Shown in pieces: positions 29,252 through 39,129 of a stretch of DNA of 64,000 nucleotides (the stretch's first letter is position 1; the number at the start of each line of letters is the position of its first letter). Under the pieces are notes generated by a model. It was given only the letters and a program-made list of their open reading frames with translations. It did not search any database and had not been told where the DNA came from. The translations under genes and the position numbers were made by a program. The DNA is taken from NCBI GenBank assembly GCA_021739695.1, contig JAIPBM010000008.1, positions 37,013 through 101,012 of the forward strand, in the 5' to 3' direction. This DNA comes from Flavobacteriales bacterium (GTDB lineage: Bacteria > Bacteroidota > Bacteroidia > UBA10329).

Positions 29252-29629
29252 ATGAAAACGAATACACTTTCCTTTTGTTTGGCAACCATTGCAATCATTA
29301 TGTTTTCTAACCCAAAACAAGCAACTGCTCAAGCTAATTGTGATTATCCTACTAGATTTTGTTGCGATTTTTACATTGATCTTCCTGCTGGCTTCACTGG
29401 CGAAAAAACACAAAGCATATATCCTAAGAAGAAAGCTACAATAACGGCCGAAAAGTGTGAAGGTCCGTTTAAGGTTGTGATTACAAACCAAGACGGAAGC
29501 ACCGAGGCAGTTAAAATTTACGAAAGATCTACCGCAACTTCCGACACAATGTACATAGAACAACCTGAGCCGCCATACGATTTACAGATGTTTGTGCAAA
29601 TGGTTTACGGTGCTACGGAAATTAAGTAG
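29252..29629 (+). CDS. Small secreted hypothetical protein
   Basis: Signal peptide MKTNTLSFCLATIAIIMFSNPKQATAQA. 125 aa. Preferred over the overlapping antisense ORF 29234-29563. Confidence 0.35.
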   Translation: MKTNTLSFCLATIAIIMFSNPKQATAQANCDYPTRFCCDFYIDLPAGFTGEKTQSIYPKKKATITAEKCEGPFKVVITNQDGSTEAVKIYERSTATSDTMYIEQPEPPYDLQMFVQMVYGATEIK

Positions 29630-29668
29630 CATCGCTTTAGACAGGTAATTTAATCGCCATTTTTCGCG

Positions 29669-29699
29669 TTGATGCGTCTTACCTGAACCGTTAACTTCG
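29669..29699 (+). promoter_or_regulatory. Candidate sigma-A promoter for gldF (TTG, 20 nt spacer, TAacTTcG)
   Basis: TTG at 29669-29671. Near-consensus TAnnTTTG (one mismatch) at 29692-29699. ATG at 29706. Confidence 0.25.
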
Positions 29700-29705
29700 C
29701 GCCCA

Positions 29706-30437
29706 ATGTGGGCACTGCTTAAAAAAGAGATCAACAGTTTTCTGAATTCACTCATCGGATACATCGTTATCTGTGTGTTCCTATTATTTGTGGGGCTTTT
29801 TATGTGGGTACTTCCTACCGAAGCCAACGTGATTGATAACGGCTATGCCGATCTGAACACGCTTTTCACAGTAGCACCTTGGGTATTCCTCTTCCTCATT
29901 CCGGCCATTACCATGCGCAGTTTTGCGGATGAAAAAAGCAGCGGAACAATTGAATTGCTTCATACGCGACCGTTGAGTGATCTAAGCATCATTCTCGCCA
30001 AATATTTTGGTGGACTCGTGTTAGTGATGTTTGCACTGCTACCGACTTTGGTTTATTTCCTTTCTGTTTATCAACTCGGAAACCCGGCAGGAAACATTGA
30101 TACGGGCAGCGTTTGGGGTTCATACATCGGACTATTGCTGTTGGGAGCAACTTTCGTGAGCATAGGGATTTTCAGTTCCACCATCACCAATAATCAAATT
30201 GTGAGCTTCATTTTGGCCGTATTCCTTAGTTGGAGTCTTTGGATCGGCCTCGAAACAATCGCTTCCTTCCAGTTTCTTGGAACTTGGGATCACATCCTTT
30301 TAGGCATCGGCATCAATAGCCATTACAGCAGTTTGAGCCGAGGCGTAATTGACACACGTGATGTTGTTTATCTGGTGAGTCTCATCGCCATTTTCATTGC
30401 ACTTACACGAACCGTTTTAGAAAGTAGAAAATGGTGA
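29706..30437 (+). CDS. gldF: Gliding-motility ABC transporter permease GldF
   Basis: 243-aa ABC-2 type permease with 6 TM helices. Immediately followed and overlapped (7 nt) by the gldG-like gene. Confidence 0.8.
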   Translation: MWALLKKEINSFLNSLIGYIVICVFLLFVGLFMWVLPTEANVIDNGYADLNTLFTVAPWVFLFLIPAITMRSFADEKSSGTIELLHTRPLSDLSIILAKYFGGLVLVMFALLPTLVYFLSVYQLGNPAGNIDTGSVWGSYIGLLLLGATFVSIGIFSSTITNNQIVSFILAVFLSWSLWIGLETIASFQFLGTWDHILLGIGINSHYSSLSRGVIDTRDVVYLVSLIAIFIALTRTVLESRKW

Positions 30438-32152
30438 AAAAGGCAATGTTCCGCGATATGGTACAGCTGATGACGGTGGTCGGAATCGTCATTATTCTTA
30501 ATGTTCTTAGTGGCTTCTTCTTCACACGATTCGACCTCACTTCTGAGAAACGATACACGCTTTCAGAGACATCAAAAGACCTGCTCGAAAACCTAGATGA
30601 TGTCATCTATTTGAAGGTGTATTTGGACGGTGAACTTCCGGCAGGCTTCCGAAGATTACGCGACAGAACGCGCGAAATGCTGGATGAATTCCGTGCTTAT
30701 TCGAACAACAATATTGAGTACGAATTCATCAATCCAAGCAATCAGCCAGACGAAACAAGCAGAAACGATCTTTATCGTCAATTGGCCAACCAAGGATTGA
30801 TGCCTACCAATATCCAGATCAAAACGGAAGATGGAGCGGAGCAAAAACTGATCTTTCCTGGTGCCATCATGACCTATCGTGGCGAAGAAACAGCTTTGCA
30901 ATTGCTGAAGAGTCAAATGGGAGCTGCGCCTGAAGAGATGCTGAATAGCTCTACCGAAGATCTTGAATACGAGATTACGAACGCCATCCGCAAGCTGACG
31001 ACAGTTCGTGCAGAAGTTGTGGCTTTTATCGAAGGTCATGGAGAATTGACCGATCGGCAGGTTATTGACATGAGTAAATCTCTGTCTGAATACTACCGAT
31101 TGGAAAGGGTAACGATCAATGGTAAACTGAACAGCCTGGTTTCGCGTGCCGAAGGCGATAGCGGATCGGTGATCATTCCAAAGTTCAAGGCGATCATCAT
31201 TGCAAAACCTGATTCTGCTTTTTCGGAAGAAGACAAATTCATGATCGATCAGTACATCATGTACGGTGGTCGTGTACTATGGCTTTTAGATCCTGTTTTC
31301 TGCGACATGGACAGCTTACGCTATTCACCTTCTACATTGGCTATTCCAACTTCAGAGAATCTTGAAGATATGCTGTTCAAGTATGGAGTGCGTGTGAATA
31401 CCGACCTTCTTCAAGATGCGCGCTGTGCATCTATTCCTGGACCTGCAGGATACGTTGGCAATCAGTTGCAATGGGCGCTACAACCATGGATCTTCTTCCC
31501 TATCGTCATTCCTAAAACGGAACACCCGATTGTAAGGAATCTGAATGGCATTAAACTCGAATTCGCTTCCAGCTTGGATACGGTCGGAAATTCCAAGATC
31601 AAGAAAACGGTCCTGCTTTCAACCTCAGAAGCCACGCGCGCACTACGAACACCAACTCAAGTGAGTTTGGACGTGATGGTGGAAGAGCCAAAACCAGAGC
31701 AGTTCAACAAGAAAAATGTGCCAGTTGCTGTTCTGCTTGAAGGCAAGTTTGAAAGTGTTTTCAAGAACCGCCTCACCACCATGATCAAGGAAAGTAAGGA
31801 CATACAGTTCCGAGAAGATGGACGAGCATCTAAAATGATCGTGGTTTCTGATGGCGATATCATCCGAAATCATATCAACCCAGACGGAACGTATCTGCCT
31901 TGCGGATTTGACAAATACACCAGTCAGCAATTTGGCAACAAGACCTTTTTGCTGAACGCTATAAACTACTTGTGTGATGATATGAGTTTGACATCCATTC
32001 GCTCACGAGCGTTGGAAATTCGTCTGCTTGATAGGAAAAAGGCCGAAGCTGAACGCACAAAATGGCAACTGCTGAATGTTGCTCTTCCGATATTGCTCGT
32101 AATCCTTTTCGGATTCATCAACGCTTACCTCCGCAAAAAAAGATACGCCTGA
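30431..32152 (+). CDS. gldG: Gliding-motility-associated ABC transporter substrate-binding/auxiliary protein GldG
   Basis: 573 aa. N- and C-terminal TM anchors with a large periplasmic domain. Conserved position after gldF. Confidence 0.8.
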   Translation: MVKKAMFRDMVQLMTVVGIVIILNVLSGFFFTRFDLTSEKRYTLSETSKDLLENLDDVIYLKVYLDGELPAGFRRLRDRTREMLDEFRAYSNNNIEYEFINPSNQPDETSRNDLYRQLANQGLMPTNIQIKTEDGAEQKLIFPGAIMTYRGEETALQLLKSQMGAAPEEMLNSSTEDLEYEITNAIRKLTTVRAEVVAFIEGHGELTDRQVIDMSKSLSEYYRLERVTINGKLNSLVSRAEGDSGSVIIPKFKAIIIAKPDSAFSEEDKFMIDQYIMYGGRVLWLLDPVFCDMDSLRYSPSTLAIPTSENLEDMLFKYGVRVNTDLLQDARCASIPGPAGYVGNQLQWALQPWIFFPIVIPKTEHPIVRNLNGIKLEFASSLDTVGNSKIKKTVLLSTSEATRALRTPTQVSLDVMVEEPKPEQFNKKNVPVAVLLEGKFESVFKNRLTTMIKESKDIQFREDGRASKMIVVSDGDIIRNHINPDGTYLPCGFDKYTSQQFGNKTFLLNAINYLCDDMSLTSIRSRALEIRLLDRKKAEAERTKWQLLNVALPILLVILFGFINAYLRKKRYA

Positions 32153-32154
32153 CC

Positions 32155-33186
32155 ATGAAGAAAAACCTGATAGGACTGCTTATTCTTTTAGCGCTTGGCG
32201 CTATTGCAATGTACGTTTACCAGCAACGCGGCTCAGGAACCATCAAACCGGATCTGTATGATTTCGCGGAGAAGGATACGGCTGAGATCACCAAAATTTT
32301 CTTGGCAGATAAAATGGGTCAGACTGTTCTCCTAGAACGCGTTGGCCCGAAGGAATGGACCGTGAACACGAACCACAAAGCACGAAAAGATGCGATTGAT
32401 GTTCTGCTAAAAACCATTAATCGGGTAGAAATGAAGGCTCCGGTTGCCAATTCTGCTCACGACAATATTGTGAAACTGCTGGCAGGAAAGTCTACCAAAG
32501 TAGAAATCTACAAGGGAGATGATAAGGTGAAAACCTATTACGTTGGCGATGCTACGAAAGACAATCAGGGCACGTACATGCTGCTTGAAGGTTCGCGAAC
32601 TCCATTCATCTGTCACATTCCAGGATTCATTGGATATTTAACTGGCCGGTACATGGTACGCCCGTTGGAATGGCGCGACAGTGAAATTTTCAATTATTCG
32701 CTTCCCGAGATTTCAGAAATAAAGGTGGAATTCCATCAAGAACCAGAGCGATCATTCAAGATCACACACTCAAAAGATCGAGTGGTTCAACTCTACAGGC
32801 TTTTCCCTAAAGAAGAATTGGTGGAGAAAATGGATACGGTCTTTGTAAAACGCTACATGCTCAATTATCGAAACGTGCGTTTTGAAGGCATCCAACCTTA
32901 TGATGCAGCTAGAGTGGACAGCATTGTCAATTCTCCCGCATATTTCACCATTTCAGTAACCGATCCTTCAGGAGAAACGGAGACGGTTACTGCTTACAGA
33001 CTTCCTGCAAATCCAGGTGATGTAGACACAGACGGGGTTCAATTAGAATGGGATGGTGATAGGATGCATGGCGTCATCAACGGAAATGAAGACGAAATTG
33101 CGTTGATTCAATACTTTACTTTTGATCGATTGACTGTTCCAATCCAATCATTACAGGTCGACCCTACGCTTAGAAGAGACAACTAA
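32155..33186 (+). CDS. DUF4340-family protein (conserved partner downstream of gldG)
   Basis: Start MKKNLIGLLILLALGAIAMYVY, 3 nt after the gldG stop. The ORF track lists a longer overlapping version starting at 32062. Confidence 0.55.
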   Translation: MKKNLIGLLILLALGAIAMYVYQQRGSGTIKPDLYDFAEKDTAEITKIFLADKMGQTVLLERVGPKEWTVNTNHKARKDAIDVLLKTINRVEMKAPVANSAHDNIVKLLAGKSTKVEIYKGDDKVKTYYVGDATKDNQGTYMLLEGSRTPFICHIPGFIGYLTGRYMVRPLEWRDSEIFNYSLPEISEIKVEFHQEPERSFKITHSKDRVVQLYRLFPKEELVEKMDTVFVKRYMLNYRNVRFEGIQPYDAARVDSIVNSPAYFTISVTDPSGETETVTAYRLPANPGDVDTDGVQLEWDGDRMHGVINGNEDEIALIQYFTFDRLTVPIQSLQVDPTLRRDN

Positions 33187-33229
33187 TTCAGATTTATCAA
33201 CAGTATCGGGCGTAAGAACCGCATTCGTC

Positions 33230-33237
33230 TATATTTG
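33230..33237 (+). promoter_or_regulatory. Sigma-A -7 motif TAtaTTTG upstream of dnaN
   Basis: Perfect TAnnTTTG, 23 nt upstream of the dnaN ATG. Confidence 0.3.
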
Positions 33238-33260
33238 TACCCCATTCGAAAAAAGCACAG

Positions 33261-34382
33261 ATGAAATTCATTGTTTCCAGTCAGTTATTGCTAAAGAATT
33301 TGCAGGCCATCAGTGGTGTTGTAAGCACAAATAATACGCTTCCAATACTCGATAATTTCCTGTTCGACATTGGCGAAAACCAACTGACAGTTTCAGGTTC
33401 TGACCTTGAAACCACCATGACCACTTCGTTTGAAGTGACTTCGAAGGAAAAAGGCCAAGTGGCCATTCCTGCCCGTATCCTACTCGATCTTCTAAAGAGC
33501 TTTCCTGACACTCCGATAACGTTTTCTATCAACAAGGAAACACACGCTGTGCGCTTTACTTCAGAATATGGAGAATACAACGTGGCCGGATTGAACGGAG
33601 AAGAGTTTCCGAAATCTCCTGAATTAGAAGTTGCCGCCTCTGTAACGGTTGCTTCAGACCTACTTGCACGCGCCATTGGCAAAACCATTTTTGCTGCAGG
33701 AAATGATGAACTCAGACCAGTGATGTCGGGCGTTTATTTCGAATTGGCTTCGGACAACGTTACGTTTGTTTCTACCGATGCTCACAAATTGGTAAAATAT
33801 ACGCGTACAGATGCAAAAGCAGATGCAGGCGCAAGCTTCATCATGCCTAAAAAACCTCTTAATCTGTTGAAGAATGTTCTTGCAACGGAAGAAGCGGAAG
33901 TGACAATTGAATACAACGATACGAATGCTAAATTCTCTTTCGGAGAGGTTACACTTGTTTGCCGACTCATTGATGGTCGCTATCCGAACTATGAAGCAGT
34001 GATTCCGAAAGAAAATCCAAACGTATTAACCGTTAACAGAAGTCAATTTCTGAACTCTGTAAAGCGTGTTTCATACTTCTCGAACAAAACCACGCACCAA
34101 GTACGATTGAAAATTGCTGGTAGCGAGTTGCATGTTTCTGCAGAAGACCCAGACTTCTCGAATAACGCAGACGAAAGACTTACTTGTAGCTACAAGGGCG
34201 ATGACATGTCTATCGGATTCAACTCACGTTTCTTGATGGAGATGCTGAATAACGTGGAAACCGAAGATGTGATCCTAGAAATGTCTGAGCCAAACCGAGC
34301 TGGAATTCTTCATCCTGGAGAAACAGTGGTAGAAGGCGAGCAACTGCTCATGTTGGTTATGCCAGTTATGCTGAATAACTGA
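33261..34382 (+). CDS. dnaN: DNA polymerase III beta subunit (sliding clamp)
   Basis: 373 aa. N-terminal MKFIVSSQLLLKNLQAISGVVSTNNTLPILDNFLF is typical of the beta clamp. Three-domain length. Confidence 0.9.
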   Translation: MKFIVSSQLLLKNLQAISGVVSTNNTLPILDNFLFDIGENQLTVSGSDLETTMTTSFEVTSKEKGQVAIPARILLDLLKSFPDTPITFSINKETHAVRFTSEYGEYNVAGLNGEEFPKSPELEVAASVTVASDLLARAIGKTIFAAGNDELRPVMSGVYFELASDNVTFVSTDAHKLVKYTRTDAKADAGASFIMPKKPLNLLKNVLATEEAEVTIEYNDTNAKFSFGEVTLVCRLIDGRYPNYEAVIPKENPNVLTVNRSQFLNSVKRVSYFSNKTTHQVRLKIAGSELHVSAEDPDFSNNADERLTCSYKGDDMSIGFNSRFLMEMLNNVETEDVILEMSEPNRAGILHPGETVVEGEQLLMLVMPVMLNN

Positions 34383-34407
34383 TCAGTGTAAACTTTTCGA
34401 TACGATG

Positions 34408-34436
34408 AAAAGCGAGCTTCGGCTCGCTTTTTTATT
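34408..34436 (+). terminator. Rho-independent terminator after dnaN
   Basis: AAAAGCGAGCttcgGCTCGCTTTT followed by TTATT. Confidence 0.6.
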
Positions 34437-34881
34437 GCACCAAACCGATGCGCTTATTGAAATGATGGAATTCTTCTATCAGCGCTCCGAACAGCATCCA
34501 CAGTGGCAAATAATCAAACCGAATGTAACCTCCGAAATGCCAACCAGTCTGATACTCCCACGGACAGCGACCAGTAAATTGCTCTAGTAAAAATCCTGTT
34601 ATCAATTCAACCAGGAGAATCCCAGCGCCATAGATGATGTAGCGCAGCATTCGATTCCACTTTTTCAAAACGCTAAAAGCAAGTGGAAACAGTATGGCCG
34701 CCAAGCCATAGATCGGGAACATCCAAATGTAGCTTTGGCCCTTGAGCGATAGGTCGTCAAAGTTTCCGCTGTTGATCAGGTCGCTGATGGCTGTGAAGAA
34801 AACCTCTGTTGTAATTCCCAATCCACCATACAGTGCAAACGAAATGAAGCGTTCACTTATCCCGACTTTGTGTGTTTTCAT
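34432..34881 (-). CDS. Small polytopic membrane protein (putative ABC-transporter type IV / DUF1113-like)
   Basis: 4 TM helices and a GRCPWEY motif reminiscent of PF06541 proteins. Family recalled, not searched. Confidence 0.4.
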   Translation of the reverse strand: MKTHKVGISERFISFALYGGLGITTEVFFTAISDLINSGNFDDLSLKGQSYIWMFPIYGLAAILFPLAFSVLKKWNRMLRYIIYGAGILLVELITGFLLEQFTGRCPWEYQTGWHFGGYIRFDYLPLWMLFGALIEEFHHFNKRIGLVQ

Positions 34882-35626
34882 TCTTCTTGTAAACGTAATT
34901 GATATTTATTGTAGCTGCATTTTGCTGTTCGCGCAGCCTTTGCTCGTCTTGAAGCTGCCGTTCAGCCTGTTCGCGTCTTTCTCGTTCTGCATCAGGAAAC
35001 CATGCTGGTACTTCTTCTTCAACTACATAATCCCAAGAATATTTTGGCCGTTGCGGACCTTGCTTCCGATAAACGAAGGCAACTACGATTCCGGCAAGAA
35101 GGCCGAAAAAATGACCTTCGTAAGAAACATGAACATCAATTGGAAGTACACCCCAAACCAGACTTCCGTACATAAAAACCACCAAGAGCGACAAAGCCAT
35201 CAGTTTGAGATGCTTTCGGAGTAATCCGCTCACGAATAGAAAGCCAAAAAGTGCATACACAATTCCGCTGGCACCAATGTGAAAATTGGCCCTCCCTCCT
35301 ATCCAAAGCCAAACACCGCTAAGCAAATAGACCCAAAGCAATGTCTTTGATGCTACTTCACGATAGAAGTAGAACAACATGCTTCCAAGAATGAATAAGG
35401 CAGTTGAATTATTGAACAGATGCTTCCAATCTGCATGAATGAACGGATAGGAAAGGATTCCTAAAAGACCAGAAACCTGGCGAGGCAAAACTCCATACTG
35501 AACCAGATTAACGTCAAAAGCAATCTCTCCTAGCTTCACGAGAACGAGAATGATCACTAATGTTCCAGGAATAATGGTGCTAGAAAACAGTTCCTTTTTC
35601 ACCTGATAAAAGTAAGGCCTCTCCAA
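34853..35626 (-). CDS. Rhomboid-family intramembrane serine protease
   Basis: Catalytic GASG in HIGASGIVYALFG and His in GHFFGLLAG. 6-7 TM helices. Charged Gln/Arg-rich C-terminal tail. Confidence 0.75.
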   Translation of the reverse strand: MERPYFYQVKKELFSSTIIPGTLVIILVLVKLGEIAFDVNLVQYGVLPRQVSGLLGILSYPFIHADWKHLFNNSTALFILGSMLFYFYREVASKTLLWVYLLSGVWLWIGGRANFHIGASGIVYALFGFLFVSGLLRKHLKLMALSLLVVFMYGSLVWGVLPIDVHVSYEGHFFGLLAGIVVAFVYRKQGPQRPKYSWDYVVEEEVPAWFPDAERERREQAERQLQDEQRLREQQNAATININYVYKKNENTQSRDK

Positions 35627-35680
35627 TTACTGAAGAGGCCTTAAATAGAGGTTGGATAATACTTGTAATCCGAGCTATGG

Positions 35681-37867
35681 CTAGCTTTTGATGTAGCGCA
35701 CAGTGGTCATACTTCCTGCAGCTTGAATTCGAATAAAATAGACACCGTTAGCAAACTGGCTAATGTCCATTCGTTGGGTAAAGTCGTTCGTGCCATTGAT
35801 AACTACGGCAGGCAAAAGAGCTTGTCCAAGCATGTTCGTCAATTCAATTGAAACGTTTTCAGAACTTGGCAATTGTCCGCGGATCGTGAATTCTCCTTTT
35901 CCTGGATTAGGATAGACATCAAGCACATCAAATATGCTGTACTCTTCTACCCCAACATTGAAGGTGAACTCATAAATGTAAGTTTCTGTAGGGCAACCAT
36001 TAGGTCCAATGTACTCCACATGATAGTTTCCACTCTGGATTGCATCGAACGTAAGACCTGTTGCTCCTGGAATCGGGTCTCCATTGATGAACCATTGGTA
36101 TCCAGATCCAGGTGGATCTACTGTGAGATTATTATTTCCATTATCAACGATTATGGCTTCATCCATCGGTGTCACATCAACTGTAATCGTATTCGAAATG
36201 CCTTCGCATCCGTACTGGTTCGTAACTGTTACAAAGTAATCGCCAGATTCAGTAACAACCGTTGAAGCATTTGTTCCGTTAGTAATTTCCCAATCATATG
36301 CACCTTGATTGAGCGCTGTAGAAAGCGTCACTGTTTCTCCTTCGCAAAATAACAATGGACCATTAGCAGTAATAACAGGAGCGGGAACTGGCTGAACCGT
36401 TACGTTAGCAATCGTTGATGTTCCCTCACATCCGTCAGCGTCCGTTACAGTAACCGAATACTGACCGCTGGCACTTACCGTAATTGATTCGGTTTGATCT
36501 GCTGTATTCCATTCGTAGCTCGCAAAACCAGGCGTTGCTGTCAAATCTAAGGTTTGCCCAGCGCAAAGTTCCAAAGCACCATTATTGCTCGAAGTAATTG
36601 TAACAGAAGGTCCGGCACCTACTTCAATGTCAATTGAAGCAATATTGGTACAGCCCAAGTTGTTTGTGTAGGTGTAAGATATAGTGTGCATTCCGCCACC
36701 AACAGCGCTCGGATTGAATACTCCGTTGCTTACTCCAGCACCTGCGAACGAACCTCCAGCAGGAGATGCCGAAAGGGTTACTGGTGTGCTTGATTCGCAA
36801 AGTGGTGCTACTGCTGTAATGCTAACATCTGGAAGCGTATTTGCAAGCGCGAACGCAGGTTGATTGAAGTCTGTCCAGCCTGAGTTGGTAACAGTATTAT
36901 ATCCGCCTACTGTTCCTATAGCTTCATTGGTCATATCTTCCCACTGAGGTGTTCCTTGCCAGTGAGATCCTGAAGACCAATCGCCATCATTTGCAGAGAC
37001 ATAGTATTGTGTGATATCAGCAGCGTCAGAACCAGCCGTATGATCGATAAGATTATAGAACTGATCGTTCACGATACATAATTCTGAACCGATCTGATTA
37101 ACGTCAAAACCTTCAGAAGTAGCATTCACATTGGCCATTCTTAGGGCAAACGTATTTGCTGAACTAGCGTTAGGAGTAATTGCCACAGGTCGAATTCTTG
37201 CTGTTCCAACACTGCTTCCTACAGGAAAAACGTAGGTATCAGTACTATTCATATCCCATGAGAACCGACCGTTTCCAAGACTACTTACAAAACCACCATT
37301 TTCAGTTACGGCAGATGAAGCAGTATTCAAAACCCGAAGTGTGTTAACATCGGTAGCTAACTGCAAATTTCCAAGAGCTAAAACGCCTGCAACTTCAGCA
37401 TCAAGACCCAAAGTTTTAATGCCAGAACCAAGTAAGTTCAAATTGTAAAAGGTAGAAACTGCTGTTCCCGTAACGATCTGATTTGCTCCGGTCAGATTCA
37501 CAATGCTCTGGTCAGATGTGAAAACTGAATTATTCTCCCAATTTCCTTCCACATTGAAAATACCAGTGTTTCCACCACCACCGGTCAGAAGATCGCCATT
37601 TGTCAAGTCACCTTCAATCGTGATACGCCCAGCATTTTCAATCGAACCTAGATCATTGTTAAGATCACCTGTTTTAATAGAAACGATACATCCTGAACTT
37701 ACCGTCACCTCAGCTCCATTGTTCTGAACAATAAACTGAGCGAAAACATTGGACGACCCAAACAAACCTATTGCAGTAAACATCGCAAGAAACACTCGAA
37801 AATTTGCCATTGTTTTGTATTCAAATTTCTTCATAATAGAGTCTTTAGATAAAGATTTCCTAAACAA
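35681..37867 (-). CDS. T9SS type-A CTD surface protein with Ig-like/SprB-like repeats
   Basis: Signal peptide at MANFRVFLAMFTAIGLFGSSNVFAQ (likely start 37810 or 37834). Repeats with Y.W..G......TV..SG.Y.VTVTD..GCEG. C-terminal VYPNPGKGEFTIRG...GVYFIRIQAAGSMTTVRYIKS is a T9SS CTD. Confidence 0.7.
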   Translation of the reverse strand: MFRKSLSKDSIMKKFEYKTMANFRVFLAMFTAIGLFGSSNVFAQFIVQNNGAEVTVSSGCIVSIKTGDLNNDLGSIENAGRITIEGDLTNGDLLTGGGGNTGIFNVEGNWENNSVFTSDQSIVNLTGANQIVTGTAVSTFYNLNLLGSGIKTLGLDAEVAGVLALGNLQLATDVNTLRVLNTASSAVTENGGFVSSLGNGRFSWDMNSTDTYVFPVGSSVGTARIRPVAITPNASSANTFALRMANVNATSEGFDVNQIGSELCIVNDQFYNLIDHTAGSDAADITQYYVSANDGDWSSGSHWQGTPQWEDMTNEAIGTVGGYNTVTNSGWTDFNQPAFALANTLPDVSITAVAPLCESSTPVTLSASPAGGSFAGAGVSNGVFNPSAVGGGMHTISYTYTNNLGCTNIASIDIEVGAGPSVTITSSNNGALELCAGQTLDLTATPGFASYEWNTADQTESITVSASGQYSVTVTDADGCEGTSTIANVTVQPVPAPVITANGPLLFCEGETVTLSTALNQGAYDWEITNGTNASTVVTESGDYFVTVTNQYGCEGISNTITVDVTPMDEAIIVDNGNNNLTVDPPGSGYQWFINGDPIPGATGLTFDAIQSGNYHVEYIGPNGCPTETYIYEFTFNVGVEEYSIFDVLDVYPNPGKGEFTIRGQLPSSENVSIELTNMLGQALLPAVVINGTNDFTQRMDISQFANGVYFIRIQAAGSMTTVRYIKS

Positions 37868-37872
37868 CCAAA

Positions 37873-39078
37873 TTAATTGTACACTTCCACAATAGTCGTG
37901 GTAAAACTACCATGTCTAAGCATCACGATCTTGTAGGTAGGGTAAGCGTTGGAATCTTCCTTAGAGAGGTAGAAAATAATACCTGGCCCGTAACTATCAG
38001 ATGTTAAAAACATATCCGTATTTATTGTGACCCAACTTCCTGAAGTGAAATTAATATCATCCGCACCTGAGTGTGGGGTTTGAGTGACCGAATTCCCATG
38101 CCATTCACCAATAAAGAACACGTCCCACCAACCATCATGGCCTGTGTTAAAGTTTAACTCAAGGTCGTCATCCGCTGAGTTCCATCTAAAACTCACGTTG
38201 GCGTCGCTATAGAAAGTTGTCGTAACAGCTTCAGAAAACGTTGTTTTAGTACCAGCTCCGCCTCCTGCAGGACCAGTGGGCCCTGTAGCTCCTGCAGGAC
38301 CAGTTGCCCCATCCTGACCATCAGTGCCATCGGCTCCGTCTTGGCCATCAACTCCGTCCTGTCCGTCTGCTCCGTCCAGTCCGTCCAATCCTGCAAGACC
38401 TTGAGGACCAGGCAACCCTTGAACGCCTTGAGGTCCTGCTGGTCCTTGGGGACCAATCAATCCATCTGCCCCAGCTGGTCCTTGTGGGCCTGTTGCCCCA
38501 TCCTGACCATCAACTCCATCTTGTCCGTCTGCTCCGTCCTGTCCATCCAATCCTGCTGGGCCTTGTGGTCCCTGTGGTCCTGCCGGGCCTGTTGCTCCAT
38601 CCTGTCCATCAGCACCATCTTGACCGTTTGCTCCGTCTTGTCCATCGGCTCCATTCTGCCCATCCAATCCCGCTGGCCCTTGTGGTCCTGCTGGGCCTGT
38701 GGCTCCATCCTGCCCATCGGCACCATCTTGACCGTTTGCTCCGTCTTGTCCATCGGCTCCATCTTGTCCGTCCAATCCTGATAGGCCTTGAGGGCCTGGA
38801 TTGCCCATTGGGCCAATGGCCTGAACCCATTGAGTTCCATCAAAGTACCAGAATTGGTTATCATCGGTGTCAAAAACCAATAAACCGGTTGCAGGAGAGA
38901 GGATGAGCGTCCGTTGCTGAGTCGACATCCTTGGAGTCAGGAAACCTTTATCTGATGACGTCAAGTCCAACACAGCACTGGCATCAGGAGATATGGTGCC
39001 AATCCCCATGTTGTCCTGTGCAATCAAAGAAGCACTCGAACCAAATAGAATACATACTACGTAAAGTATTTTTTTCAT
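37873..39078 (-). CDS. Collagen-like (G-X-Y triple-helix repeat) surface protein 1, with a conserved N-terminal module and a beta-rich C-terminal domain
   Basis: Signal peptide, then N-module DNMGIGTISPDASAVLDLTSSDKGFLTPRMSTQQRTLILSPATGLLVFDTDDNQFWYFDGTQWVQ. About 180 aa of uninterrupted GXY ([20 protein letters not shown]...). 130-aa C-terminal globular domain. Confidence 0.75.
   Translation of the reverse strand: MKKILYVVCILFGSSASLIAQDNMGIGTISPDASAVLDLTSSDKGFLTPRMSTQQRTLILSPATGLLVFDTDDNQFWYFDGTQWVQAIGPMGNPGPQGLSGLDGQDGADGQDGANGQDGADGQDGATGPAGPQGPAGLDGQNGADGQDGANGQDGADGQDGATGPAGPQGPQGPAGLDGQDGADGQDGVDGQDGATGPQGPAGADGLIGPQGPAGPQGVQGLPGPQGLAGLDGLDGADGQDGVDGQDGADGTDGQDGATGPAGATGPTGPAGGGAGTKTTFSEAVTTTFYSDANVSFRWNSADDDLELNFNTGHDGWWDVFFIGEWHGNSVTQTPHSGADDINFTSGSWVTINTDMFLTSDSYGPGIIFYLSKEDSNAYPTYKIVMLRHGSFTTTIVEVYN
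38274..38811. repeat. Collagen-like coding tandem repeat, gene 1 (GXY codon repeats, near-identical DNA units)
   Basis: Reiterated units such as ggtcctgccgggcctgttgctccatcctgtccatcagcaccatcttgaccgtttgctccgtcttgtccatcggctcc. Mirror-frame ORFs appear on the + strand as an artefact. Confidence 0.7.
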
Positions 39079-39129
39079 TATCTTTTTTCAGATAAACGAC
39101 TTTATTTCAATCCACCAATCAATTGGCTG

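Noticed and set aside
29234-29563. 109-aa minus-strand ORF
   Set aside because: It overlaps the plus-strand 125-aa ORF that has a clean signal peptide. The minus-strand product is Cys/Phe-rich with no signal peptide or domain.
33187-33260. Possible oriC near dnaN
   Set aside because: There is no dnaA gene and no cluster of TTATCCACA-like DnaA boxes in the window. The only partial matches are isolated (e.g. TATCCAC around 253-259, inside the SulP gene). parAB are 20 kb away.
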